Shown here: piece by piece, positions 1 through 9,263 of the stretch | Layout of the letters: every line of letters begins with the position of its first letter | How positions within the stretch are numbered: position 1 is the stretch's first letter | Source of the DNA: Treponemataceae bacterium | GTDB taxonomy: Bacteria > Spirochaetota > Spirochaetia > Treponematales > Rectinemataceae | Direction of reading: 5' to 3' | Assembly (NCBI GenBank): GCA_963667725.2 | Contig: CAXXHO010000003.1 | Coordinates: 448,001-512,000 of the forward strand | Length of the DNA: 64,000 nt | Program-made: the position numbers and the translations under genes | The notes under the pieces: generated by a model | Told to the model about the DNA's origin: nothing | The model's input: only the letters and a program-made list of their open reading frames with translations | Database searches by the model: none

Positions 1-327
1 ATCATCCTCGATCCCGGTATCGGCTTCGGAAAGCGGCTCGAACATAATCTTGATTTGCTCGAAAGGCTTTATCTCCTGACCGAATCCGGCTATCCTATTC
101 TTGTGGGGCTGTCGAGAAAGCGTTTTATCGGCGAAATCACCGGCAAGCCCATTGAAGAAAGGCTCGCGGGGAGCCTAGGCGCCGCCTGCGCGGCCTGGGC
201 GCGGGGAGCCGATATCTTCAGGGTTCACGATGTCGCGGCGACGCGGGACGCGCTCAAGGTTTTTGACGAGGCGGCGCGGCGCGACCCTGAATCCGCATTC
301 GGCATAAGGAGACCTGATGGACCTTAA
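1..327 (+). CDS. folP: Dihydropteroate synthase, C-terminal part (5' end outside window)
   Basis: Frame open from base 1: IILDPGIGFGK...GLSRKRFIG...IFRVHDV, the DHPS motifs. Confidence 0.95.
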   Translation: MILDPGIGFGKRLEHNLDLLERLYLLTESGYPILVGLSRKRFIGEITGKPIEERLAGSLGAACAAWARGADIFRVHDVAATRDALKVFDEAARRDPESAFGIRRPDGP

Positions 328-1120
328 CGGCCTGGCTTCTTTATTCTCAACCTATGTACGGCCCGTTCTCGATGTCCTCCTTTTAGCCTATCTCATCTAT
401 AATACCTACCAGATTCTGGTTAAGACGCAGGCGATTCAGCTCGTCAAGGGAATTCTGCTCCTCACCGGCATCTACGCCCTGGCCTTCTTCCTCCAGCTCT
501 CCACGGTTACCTGGATATTGGGGATCGTGGCGCCCGGACTGGTCATCGGCCTCACGATCATCTTCCAGCCTGAATTGAGGAAGATCTTCATGCACTTGGG
601 ACAGGGAAGGCTTTTCCGGACGAACCGACAGCCCAGGGCCAGCCAGATCGAGGCTTCCGCAACCGCATGCGAGATACTTGCCCAGATGAAGCGCGGCGCC
701 CTCATCGTGTTCAGCAGGAATGTCGGCTTGAAGGAAATAATCGACAAGGGAATCAGGCTCGACGCCGTGCTTACCACGAGTCTCCTCGTCACGGTTTTCG
801 CCCATGACAATCCCCTCCATGACGGCGCGGCGATCATTCAGGAAGGCCGTCTCGCCGCCGCCGCGTGCTTTTTGCCGCTCTCCAACCAGCAGGATATCAA
901 GAAAAGTTTCGGAAGCCGACATCGCGCCGCTCTCGGCATCACCGAGGAATCCGACGCCGTCGTGCTTGTCGTGTCGGAAGAGACTGGCGCTCTTTCCCTT
1001 GCCTACGACTCCAAGCTTTACTATGGACTCTCGGGAGAACAGCTGAGGGTACGCCTCGCGAAGCTTCTCGAGGGCGAGGCGATGGAATCGGCCGAGGAGG
1101 AGAAGCATTATGAAGCTTGA
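317..1120 (+). CDS. cdaA: Diadenylate cyclase CdaA (TIGR00159 type)
   Basis: Three N-terminal TM segments; DAC motifs HDGA and GSRHRAA; followed by a YbbR gene. Confidence 0.95.
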   Translation: MDLNGLASLFSTYVRPVLDVLLLAYLIYNTYQILVKTQAIQLVKGILLLTGIYALAFFLQLSTVTWILGIVAPGLVIGLTIIFQPELRKIFMHLGQGRLFRTNRQPRASQIEASATACEILAQMKRGALIVFSRNVGLKEIIDKGIRLDAVLTTSLLVTVFAHDNPLHDGAAIIQEGRLAAAACFLPLSNQQDIKKSFGSRHRAALGITEESDAVVLVVSEETGALSLAYDSKLYYGLSGEQLRVRLAKLLEGEAMESAEEEKHYEA

Positions 1121-2153
1121 TCGCTTCTTCAAGCTCACCTTCGCCGACTGGCCGGCGAAGGTGCTCTCCCTGGCGGTAGCCCTCCTTCTTACCCTTTTCT
1201 TCAATCTCACCCGTCTGGAACAGAGGACCATAAACATTCCGCTCACGGTCTCCCTCAATGACGAGATGGCGCCTTCCAGTCAATACCCGCGCATGGTGCG
1301 GGTCATCCTTCGCGGCGAACGCGATGTCATCTATAGTATTCGCGAGGATGAAGTCTCCGCTTCCCTGGACCTCGCGGAATACAAGAACGAAGGCGTGTTC
1401 AAGGCACCCATACGTCTCGAAAAACGGGGGAACGCTCTTACCGCCGATCCTCTCGAGATCCATCCCGAACCTTCCGAGATAGCCATCGGCCTGGAGAGGA
1501 GAATGGCGAAGAAGGTGCCCGTCACTCCTTCGTTCAAGGGATTTCTCGAATCCGGCTTCGAACTCACTACCTTCGACCTGGTGCCATCGGAAGTGACGGT
1601 CTCCGGACCCGCTGGGCTCGTCGCGCGCACCACAGAAGTCTCGACCGACACGATCGAGCTGAGCGGGAAGAAATCGGATTTCACCGCCAATGTGCGTCTT
1701 CTCAAAAAGGAAAGTCTCCTTTCGCTGGATGGAAAGGAGACGGTCATTTTTTCCGCGAAAGTGCGAAAGTCCCTCGACATCAAGAATTTCGTCAATATAA
1801 AGATCTATCCTCAGGGCCTGAGCGCTTCGCTTGAAATCACGGATATCCTGCCCACGGGCAACGTGCGGATGCATATTCCGGAAGAGGCTATGGGCAATTT
1901 TGACCAGAATGCCTTGCTCAGCATTGACCTTTCCACGCTTACCAAACCCGGAACGTATATGCTTGATGTCGCCGTCTCGGCACCCGAGGGCGCCGTGGTG
2001 GAAACCTTCGAACCGCAGACCCTTACCATCAGCCTCAGGTCAGCCGGATCCGGATCGGGAAGTCAGTTGTCCGGATCGATTCCATCGTTGCCGTCCCCTA
2101 GCCTTTTCGGCGCGCCTCAGCAGCAGGCGGCCCCGCAGGCCAATGGCTTCTAA
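1110..2153 (+). CDS. cdaR: CdaR / YbbR-like regulator
   Basis: N-terminal anchor KVLSLAVALLL, repeated beta-rich YbbR-like domains, overlaps cdaA. Confidence 0.9.
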   Translation: MKLDRFFKLTFADWPAKVLSLAVALLLTLFFNLTRLEQRTINIPLTVSLNDEMAPSSQYPRMVRVILRGERDVIYSIREDEVSASLDLAEYKNEGVFKAPIRLEKRGNALTADPLEIHPEPSEIAIGLERRMAKKVPVTPSFKGFLESGFELTTFDLVPSEVTVSGPAGLVARTTEVSTDTIELSGKKSDFTANVRLLKKESLLSLDGKETVIFSAKVRKSLDIKNFVNIKIYPQGLSASLEITDILPTGNVRMHIPEEAMGNFDQNALLSIDLSTLTKPGTYMLDVAVSAPEGAVVETFEPQTLTISLRSAGSGSGSQLSGSIPSLPSPSLFGAPQQQAAPQANGF

Positions 2154-2177
2154 TCTTTCTTCGTTCAGGAGTCCAGA

Positions 2178-2564
2178 ATGATCGCCGGCATTGGCATAGA
2201 TATAGTTCACGTCAGCAGGATCCAGCGCTGGATGACCACGCCGGGGCTGGTGGAGCGTTTTTTCCATCCGATGGAGATCGCGGATTCGGCCTCCCGCGGC
2301 GCGGGCCGCGCTTTGTCTTTGGCTGCCCGTTTCGCCGCGAAGGAAGCCTTTGGCAAGGCTCTCGGTACGGGGCTGGCGAAGATGAAGCTGAAGGATATCT
2401 TCGTGAGGAACGATCACAATGGCCAGCCGTTCATCATCCTGGAGGGTACAGCCTCGGCGCGCTTCGCGCAGTTGGGCGGCGGTAAAGTACACTGCTCGCT
2501 TACCCATGAAGGCGAAAACGCGGTGGCCCTGGTAGTGATCGAGAAAGAAGCGGGCGGGAAATGA
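2178..2564 (+). CDS. acpS: Holo-ACP synthase
   Basis: GIGIDIV, ARFAAKEAFGKALGTG, SLTHE motifs. Confidence 0.95.
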   Translation: MIAGIGIDIVHVSRIQRWMTTPGLVERFFHPMEIADSASRGAGRALSLAARFAAKEAFGKALGTGLAKMKLKDIFVRNDHNGQPFIILEGTASARFAQLGGGKVHCSLTHEGENAVALVVIEKEAGGK

Positions 2565-3463
2565 CCAGAAGGCCCATTCAGCTCGTCGTTTCTTACGACG
2601 GCACCGATTTCGCGGGCTGGCAGCGCCAGAAAAACGCGCGTTCCGTGCAGGAAGAGATAGAAAAAGCCCTCGAGAAAATGCATGGGCATCCTGTTCGCCT
2701 GACCGGGGCCGGCCGCACCGACGCGGGCGTTCACGCACTGGGCCAGGTGGCCGGATTCTTTACCGATATCGCGTCCATTCCCGCCGAAAAGTTTCTTCTC
2801 GCCCTCAATAAGCTGCTGCCGCGCGACATACGCGTCCTGTACGCGGGCGACGCGCCTCGCGATTTCCACGCGCGTTTCGATGCTTCGTTGAGGAGATACA
2901 GGTATTTCTTCCTTTGCTCCAGCCATCAGGACGCTTTTTCCCAGCGTTATGCCTGGTGCCTTTCCCGCCAGCCCTCCATCGGCAAGCTCAACGCCATGGC
3001 TTCGGTCATCGTGGGAGAGCATGATTTCTCGGCGTTCGCCTCCGCCAAGGACATCAGCGTTTCGAAATCCAGGTTCATCCAGGATTCCAGCTTCTGGTTC
3101 GAGGGCGGCAAGCTTGTCTATCAGGTTTCGGCGAACGCTTTTTTATGGCGCATGGTGCGTTCCCTCGTCGGCACGATGATTTTTTTCGAATCTAAGGCCG
3201 CCACCGAGGCCGACGCGGCTAAACTGATGCTGGATATACTCGTCAGCGCGGACAGGAAGGAAGCCGGTCCGACCGCTCCTCCTTACGGGCTCTTCCTCTG
3301 GAATGTGGAATACGGCCCGCGCGCCCACGGACATCAGCGCCAACGGTCTCAGGATGAGGAACCTGGGGAAGATCTTTCCGATGAAGTCTCGACCGGCCTT
3401 CAGACCGCCAGGCTCGTCCCAGGCATCGGATTCGTGGATGAAACCTCGATTTTACGCGGCTGA
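2561..3463 (+). CDS. truA: tRNA pseudouridine(38-40) synthase
   Basis: YDGTDFAGWQ, AGRTDAGVHA, FLWRMVR, TAPPYGL motifs. Confidence 0.95.
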   Translation: MTRRPIQLVVSYDGTDFAGWQRQKNARSVQEEIEKALEKMHGHPVRLTGAGRTDAGVHALGQVAGFFTDIASIPAEKFLLALNKLLPRDIRVLYAGDAPRDFHARFDASLRRYRYFFLCSSHQDAFSQRYAWCLSRQPSIGKLNAMASVIVGEHDFSAFASAKDISVSKSRFIQDSSFWFEGGKLVYQVSANAFLWRMVRSLVGTMIFFESKAATEADAAKLMLDILVSADRKEAGPTAPPYGLFLWNVEYGPRAHGHQRQRSQDEEPGEDLSDEVSTGLQTARLVPGIGFVDETSILRG

Positions 3464-4257
3464 GGCTGGATCCCCCTGGCCGCCAGGCCGCCGACGATGG
3501 AGGGGAGGAGGCTGTTCTTGAGCGCGGTGAGATTCTCCTGGAGGAACCAGGTGCCTACGAGGACGCTGGTTCCGTCGGGGGTCACCGCGTCGAGAAGAAT
3601 CAGCGGCGCGGGATCCTTGAGCGCGAGGGGCTCGGCGTCGATCGCCGAGCGTATCGCCGTTGCCGCCGCGGCATAATCGCAGCCATTGGGAATGCTGAGC
3701 CAGAGATCGAGCCGACGCTGGGGATAGTACGAGATATTGACGATATTGGATTTGATGAGCGTTTCGTTCGGCACCCGGATGAGTCGGTTGTCGAAGGTCC
3801 TGATTCTGATGCACATGAGATCGACGGTTTCCACGACGCCTGAGGTTGCGTCTATCTGGACCGTGTCGCCAATTTTGAAAACCCCTTCGGAAAAAAGGAA
3901 GAGGCCGGATATGATATTGGCGACCGAAGTCTGGGCGGCGAAGCCCAGCGCTATACCCGCTATTCCCGCGGCGCCCAGCAAGGCCGAGATGTCGAGCCCC
4001 GCTCTTTTGCTGGCGGTAAGGAACACGATGATGTTCCCGCCGTATTTGATGACATTTTCCAGGATCAAGGCGCTGCGGTTGGGCAGTCGTCCCTTCCTTG
4101 AAAATCTTTTTATTGCGTTGAATAATAGACGCACGGCGCCGAGGCCGACGACAAGTATGATAAGAACCGAAAAAACCGTGGTGACGGTTTTTGCCGAGAC
4201 CAGTTCGCCGAAAGCTTCGGATATGGACTGTATCCAACCGTGGACCTTTGTGTTCAT
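3400..4257 (-). CDS. MscS-family mechanosensitive channel
   Basis: GIAGIALGFAAQTSVANIISG, FKIGDTV, VPN motifs; start chosen at MNTKVH. Confidence 0.9.
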   Translation of the reverse strand: MNTKVHGWIQSISEAFGELVSAKTVTTVFSVLIILVVGLGAVRLLFNAIKRFSRKGRLPNRSALILENVIKYGGNIIVFLTASKRAGLDISALLGAAGIAGIALGFAAQTSVANIISGLFLFSEGVFKIGDTVQIDATSGVVETVDLMCIRIRTFDNRLIRVPNETLIKSNIVNISYYPQRRLDLWLSIPNGCDYAAAATAIRSAIDAEPLALKDPAPLILLDAVTPDGTSVLVGTWFLQENLTALKNSLLPSIVGGLAARGIQPQPRKIEVSSTNPMPGTSLAV

Positions 4258-4294
4258 GACTGAACTATAAAGCAGCGGCAAGGCGAGAGGAATA

Positions 4295-5323
4295 GTGTCC
4301 GATAAAAAGAAAAAGAAAAAAAACGCCGCGGGCCTTTCTTCCCTCGCCCCTGGTAATGAAGCTTCGGCCATTCAGGGCAGGGAACGCTCTTGGACCGGCC
4401 TGGTCGAGGCGGGCGATGGGGAGAGGGCTGACAAGTACATCGCCGAGATTGCCGGAATCCTGAGTCGTTCCCAGATCAAGGCGCGGGGAGCCAGGATCTT
4501 CGTCAACGGAAAGGAAGAAAAACTCTCACGGCGTCTGGCCTCCGGGGATCGGATCGAGGTGGCATGGACCGATGAGCCGAGCCACAGCCTGAAACCCGAA
4601 AAGCTGGATGTGCAAATCCTCTATGAGGACGAGAATGTCTTCGTGTTCGATAAAGCGCAGGGGATGGTGACGCATCCCGCCAACGGCAACTGGAGCGGAA
4701 CGCTGGCCAACGCGGCCGTATGGCTCGACGCCGAGCGAAAAGGCGAGGGCGAGGCGCCGCGCGGCGGCATAGTCCACAGGCTCGACAAGGACACTTCAGG
4801 CGTCATAATCGTGGCCAGAAATACCGAAACCCACGAGTTTCTCGCGTCTCAATTCAAAAACCGGAGCACTCGAAAGGAATATTGGGCAATCGTGCGAGGT
4901 TCTCCGGCGGGTAACGCCGGCCACCTCGAAAATTGCCTGACCCGCGACAAGTACAACCGGAAAAAATTCGTGGGGAATGAATCACAGGGGAAACGCGCCG
5001 TAACCGATTATCGCGTACTGGCCCGCTGGTCGGTCGAGGGCAGGCGAGACTACGCTCTCGTCGCCCTATATCCCAAGACGGGGAGGACTCATCAGCTCAG
5101 GATCCATATGTCGGGAATGGGCTGCCCCATATTGGGCGATCCACTTTATGCCCAAAGCGATTTCTTTTTCCCGGATGCCACGCTTATGCTGCACGCGAGG
5201 CGCCTCCGGATAGTCCTGCCCGGCTTCGCCGAGCCCATGGTCTTCAAAGCCCCGACGCCCTCGCGTTTTCTCGCCATGCTCGCCCTCCTTGAAAAAAAAG
5301 GGCGCAGAGTTCATAGGACATGA
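4295..5323 (+). CDS. rluD: RluA/RluD-family 23S rRNA pseudouridine synthase
   Basis: S4-like N-terminus, GIVHRLDKDTSG, TGRTHQLR, PILGDPLY. Confidence 0.85.
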   Translation: MSDKKKKKKNAAGLSSLAPGNEASAIQGRERSWTGLVEAGDGERADKYIAEIAGILSRSQIKARGARIFVNGKEEKLSRRLASGDRIEVAWTDEPSHSLKPEKLDVQILYEDENVFVFDKAQGMVTHPANGNWSGTLANAAVWLDAERKGEGEAPRGGIVHRLDKDTSGVIIVARNTETHEFLASQFKNRSTRKEYWAIVRGSPAGNAGHLENCLTRDKYNRKKFVGNESQGKRAVTDYRVLARWSVEGRRDYALVALYPKTGRTHQLRIHMSGMGCPILGDPLYAQSDFFFPDATLMLHARRLRIVLPGFAEPMVFKAPTPSRFLAMLALLEKKGRRVHRT

Positions 5324-5356
5324 AAAAGCCCCCCGGGCGGCCATCGGGGGGCTTTT
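5324..5356. terminator. Bidirectional intrinsic terminator
   Basis: AAAAGCCCCCCG...CGGGGGGCTTTT hairpin between convergent genes. Confidence 0.8.
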
Positions 5357-5419
5357 CTCGCATCGACCAGGGATTTACTCCCGGGTCGGCGCGATTTTCA
5401 CACTACGCTTTGAAGACGA

Positions 5420-5707
5420 TCAGTAGCTGCGGGGGCGGAAAGATCCACCGTCGCGGCGGGGCTTGTCTTCTGCTTCGTTCACGCGAAGCTGCCTGCCCAT
5501 GAACTCAAAGCCGTTGAGAGCATCAATGGCCTTCTGAGCCTCGTCATCATTGAGCATCTCGACAAAGCCGAATCCCTTCGCCTTGCCGGTGTAGCGATCG
5601 ATGATGATGTTGACGGAAGAAACCTCGCCGTACTGGGCGAAAAGGTCACGAAGCTGATTCTCAGCGGTACTGTAATTCATGTTGCCGACATAAACCTTCT
5701 TGGACAT
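5420..5707 (-). CDS. RRM-domain RNA-binding protein
   Basis: RNP2 VYVGNM and RNP1 KGFGFVEM; start MSKKVY. Confidence 0.95.
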   Translation of the reverse strand: MSKKVYVGNMNYSTAENQLRDLFAQYGEVSSVNIIIDRYTGKAKGFGFVEMLNDDEAQKAIDALNGFEFMGRQLRVNEAEDKPRRDGGSFRPRSY

Positions 5708-6036
5708 GCGGAAAAACCTCAAATTAGGGCCGTCTTCGCAGGACGACGGCGGCACCGGATCCGTCCGCCTAGGGCGGACGTACTGTGACTTTCAGGAGGA
5801 CTGGATATACACCTCGACCGTCTTTAAAGCAGGAGTGTTAGGCTGAGACAGCAATGCTTGGGTCTTTCCGAAAGAAGAAGCGAGTGGAGCGGGGGCTCTG
5901 GAGAATTCGGCCGCCGAACCCCCAAAACCGTAAGTAAAGGAATGACGATGCATGAAAAGCCAGTTTCTACCTTAAAAACGGAGGAAGATAACAACCCTCC
6001 GAAAGCTTGTAACACCGCATACACGGCATCATTGTG

Positions 6037-6066
6037 AGTATATGGGGATTTCCCGGGTGCAGTCAA
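6037..6066 (-). promoter_or_regulatory. Sigma70-type promoter for the RRM gene
   Basis: TTGACT-N18-TATACT on the minus strand. Confidence 0.6.
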
Positions 6067-6102
6067 CTCCTTTTTCATCGTTTTGCCGTTATTTTAATTG
6101 CC

Positions 6103-6130
6103 TTGACAAAGAGTAGCCCATCCGTATAAT
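6103..6130 (+). promoter_or_regulatory. Sigma70-type promoter for rny
   Basis: TTGACA-N16-TATAAT; GGAGG RBS before ATG 6166. Confidence 0.75.
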
Positions 6131-6165
6131 CAAAATGACGGCATTTACATACATCGGAGGGACAA

Positions 6166-7698
6166 ATGGCATCAAAAGTTTGGTTTGTTGCCCTTCCCCT
6201 TGCCGGCTTGATTCTTGGATGGACGATCCGCTGGCTATATGCCAGATTTCAACTCACTGCTGCGGAAAATGAAGCAGCGCGAATTAAACAGGACGCAGTT
6301 AAAGATGCAGAAGCCGAAAAAAAGGCGATCCTGGTAGAGGCGAAAGATCAGCTCATTCGGGAACGCAACCAGCAAGAAAGGGAAATAAGGGAACGGCGCA
6401 TCGAAGCCCAGAAGCTCGAACGCCGCGTAATGCAGAAGGAAGAAAACCTAGATAACAAAATCGAGGCGCTCGAAAGGCTTGAAGGAACCCTGAAAGGTAG
6501 AGAAAAGGTCATCGTCGAGAGGGAAACCGCCCTGCTCGGCCAGGAAGAACAGTACAGACAGGAACTGGAGCGTATTTCAGGTCTCACGGCCGAAGAAGCG
6601 AAGCGCATCATTATCCAGAATATGGAAAATGAGGCGAAACGCGACGCGCAGATCCTGATCAACAAGATCGACCAGGAAGCCCAGCTCACCGCCGAGAAGC
6701 GAACGCGCGACGTTCTCGTGACGACGATGCAGAGGATAGCCACCGACGTGACGGCCGAAACGACGGTCACTTCCGTGAGCCTGCCCTCGGACGAGATGAA
6801 GGGCCGGATCATCGGCAGGGAAGGGCGGAACATACGCACGCTCGAGACCCTCACCGGCGTGGATGTCATCATCGACGATACGCCCGAGGCCGTGGTCATT
6901 TCCTGCTTTGATCCTGTGCGCAGGGAGATCGCCCGCGTATCGCTCGAACGCCTCATCTCCGACGGACGCATCCATCCTGCCCGCATCGAGGAGATGGTGC
7001 AGAAAGTCACGCGCGAAATTTCCCAGAAGATCTACGACGAGGGAGAGAAGGTCGTCTTCGACCTCGGCCTCCACAACATGGCCCCGGAACTCATCAGGGC
7101 TCTCGGAAGGCTCTATTTCAGGACGAGCTACGGGCAGAACGTCCTGCTGCATTCGAAGGAAGTGGCCGTCATCGCCGGCCTTCTCGCCGCGGAAATCGGC
7201 CTCAACAGGGAAATCGCCAAGCGGGGAGCCCTCCTTCACGATATCGGAAAGGGTATCGAGACCGATGGCGACCAGAACCACGCCGAGATCGGCATGGATC
7301 TCGTGCGCAAGATGGGTGAGGATCCGCGCGTCATCAACGCCGTAGGTTCGCACCACAACGATGTGGAGCCCATCTGTCCCGAAAGCGTGCTCGTGCAGAT
7401 CGCGGACGCCATATCGGCGGCCAGGCCTGGCGCCAGGCGCGAAACCCTCGATAATTACATCAAGCGGCTGGAGAACCTCGAGACGATCGCGGAAAGCTTC
7501 TCAGGCGTCGACAAGGCCTTCGCCATCCAGGCGGGCCGCGAACTCCGCATCCTCGTCAACTACGAAAACGTATCCGACGAGCAGGCCAAGGAAATGTGCA
7601 AGAGCATCGCCAAGAAGATCGAGACTGACTTGCGCTATCCGGGCCGCATTAAGGTGACCATCATCCGCGAGACCCGCATTGTGGAATACGCCCGATAA
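6166..7698 (+). CDS. rny: Ribonuclease Y
   Basis: TM anchor, coiled coil, KH (MKGRIIGREGRNIR), HD (LLHDIGK), AIQAGRE. Confidence 0.98.
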   Translation: MASKVWFVALPLAGLILGWTIRWLYARFQLTAAENEAARIKQDAVKDAEAEKKAILVEAKDQLIRERNQQEREIRERRIEAQKLERRVMQKEENLDNKIEALERLEGTLKGREKVIVERETALLGQEEQYRQELERISGLTAEEAKRIIIQNMENEAKRDAQILINKIDQEAQLTAEKRTRDVLVTTMQRIATDVTAETTVTSVSLPSDEMKGRIIGREGRNIRTLETLTGVDVIIDDTPEAVVISCFDPVRREIARVSLERLISDGRIHPARIEEMVQKVTREISQKIYDEGEKVVFDLGLHNMAPELIRALGRLYFRTSYGQNVLLHSKEVAVIAGLLAAEIGLNREIAKRGALLHDIGKGIETDGDQNHAEIGMDLVRKMGEDPRVINAVGSHHNDVEPICPESVLVQIADAISAARPGARRETLDNYIKRLENLETIAESFSGVDKAFAIQAGRELRILVNYENVSDEQAKEMCKSIAKKIETDLRYPGRIKVTIIRETRIVEYAR

Positions 7699-7709
7699 CG
7701 GGTGACGCA

Positions 7710-8516
7710 GTGTCCGAGCGAATGGCTTCAGTAATAATGGTGGGGGACGTCGTAGGCGCTTCTGGCCTGCGCGTCCTCTTTGCCCAGCTTCCCGCTTTTT
7801 CTAAGAAGAAAAATGCCGATATCGTCATCGCCAACGGCGAGAATTCGCTGAAAGGTTTCGGCATCGGCAAGGAAGAACTCGACATAATGCTCTCGAGCGG
7901 CGTTTCGGTCATAACGACGGGCAACCATGTCTGGGAGCGGAAGGAAGCTGCCGAGCTTCTGGATGCCGAAAAGGTCCTTTTGAGACCAGCCAATTACCCT
8001 CCCGGCTTGCCGGGCAAGGGACTGCTTCATATCAAGGGCAGGGAATTCGACTGGGTGGTCATCAATCTGCAGGGAAGGGAATTCCTTTATTCTATCGATT
8101 GTCCCTTCAGAACGGCCGACGAGCTCATCGCCAAGGCTAGGCGAGAATTTCCCGCGGCCATGATTGTCGTGGACTTCCATGCCGAGTCGGCTGAAGAGAA
8201 AGAAGCTTTAGCCTGGCACCTGGACGGCAGGGCGAGCGTCGTCGCCGGCACGCACACCCATGTGCAGACCGCCGACGAGCGGATTTTCCCTGAAGGGACA
8301 GGCTATCTCACGGACCTCGGCATGACAGGGCCCATCGATTCGATTATAGGCGTGAAAAAAGATATCTGCATACGACGCTCCCTAAGCCAGATTCCCTATA
8401 AAATGGAAACCGCCGAGGGGGAAGCGGCCATGGCCGGCGCGATTTTCGGCGTGGACCCCCAGACCAAGCGCTGCGTCTCGATAGAACGGTTCTACCTCGC
8501 CACGACGATCGCGTAG
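7710..8516 (+). CDS. ymdB: YmdB-like metallophosphoesterase (TIGR00282)
   Basis: GDVVG, NGEN, GNH, DFHAE, GTHTHVQTAD, DLGMTG; downstream of rny. Confidence 0.93.
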   Translation: MSERMASVIMVGDVVGASGLRVLFAQLPAFSKKKNADIVIANGENSLKGFGIGKEELDIMLSSGVSVITTGNHVWERKEAAELLDAEKVLLRPANYPPGLPGKGLLHIKGREFDWVVINLQGREFLYSIDCPFRTADELIAKARREFPAAMIVVDFHAESAEEKEALAWHLDGRASVVAGTHTHVQTADERIFPEGTGYLTDLGMTGPIDSIIGVKKDICIRRSLSQIPYKMETAEGEAAMAGAIFGVDPQTKRCVSIERFYLATTIA

Positions 8517-9208
8517 CGGTCCCTTCCGACCTCGAAAGGCGCTCGATCCCAGCCCGACCATAGCTCGATATTTCTGAAACCGGCGCCGCGGAGCCAATAG
8601 ACGATCATCTCCGGCTTTATGACGTGCAGGACGGTAATATCGCTTGAGGATTTCTTTCCTTCGGTGAGGGTCGTGGTGAAGGCGATGGTGCCGGCTCCGT
8701 TTCCGCGTTCATAGCGCCGCTCAAAGCGGAAGCTTTCCGTCTCGATGTCGGGAAAAGCAAAGCCCGGACCTATGTCGGGATGGGCATAGTTCATTGTCTG
8801 GATGATGAAAGGCGCGCCCGCTCCCAGAAGCCTTTTGACCATGGAGAAGAACAGGGGGATGCTTTCGGGGAGAAGATGGGGAAGGGTGTTGCCGAGACAG
8901 AGAATGGCCCCGAACCTCACGATGATGCCATAGTCGTTCTTGACGACGGATTCGGCGTCGAGCATGGATCCCTGCACGACATGGGCGCGGGAAGCGGCTC
9001 TGGCCGCCATTTCGCTGCTCAACTCGATTCCGAGCGTGTCCCAGCCTCTGTCGGCAAAGGCTCGGGCGTGTCCGCCGGTGGCCGCTCCAAGATCGAGAAT
9101 CCTTTTTTCGGCTCCGCTGGGGATGAGGGCTTCAATAGCTTCTACCGTTTTGGGGTTCAGCGGGAAGATCTCGTCATAGATGCGACTGATTCTGTCATAA
9201 AGCGGCAT
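8492..9208 (-). CDS. Class I SAM-dependent methyltransferase
   Basis: ILDLGAATG motif I, CLGNTLPHL. Confidence 0.88.
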   Translation of the reverse strand: MPLYDRISRIYDEIFPLNPKTVEAIEALIPSGAEKRILDLGAATGGHARAFADRGWDTLGIELSSEMAARAASRAHVVQGSMLDAESVVKNDYGIIVRFGAILCLGNTLPHLLPESIPLFFSMVKRLLGAGAPFIIQTMNYAHPDIGPGFAFPDIETESFRFERRYERGNGAGTIAFTTTLTEGKKSSSDITVLHVIKPEMIVYWLRGAGFRNIELWSGWDRAPFEVGRDRYAIVVAR

Positions 9209-9263
9209 TGGCCTTCCCCTCCCTGGTTGAATTTCTTTATCAAGACTAAATATACTCACTTCC

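Noticed and set aside
5760..6030. 6S RNA upstream of rny
   Set aside because: No long rod-like self-complementarity seen; it lies upstream of the rny promoter and is better explained as the RRM leader (Rfam not run)
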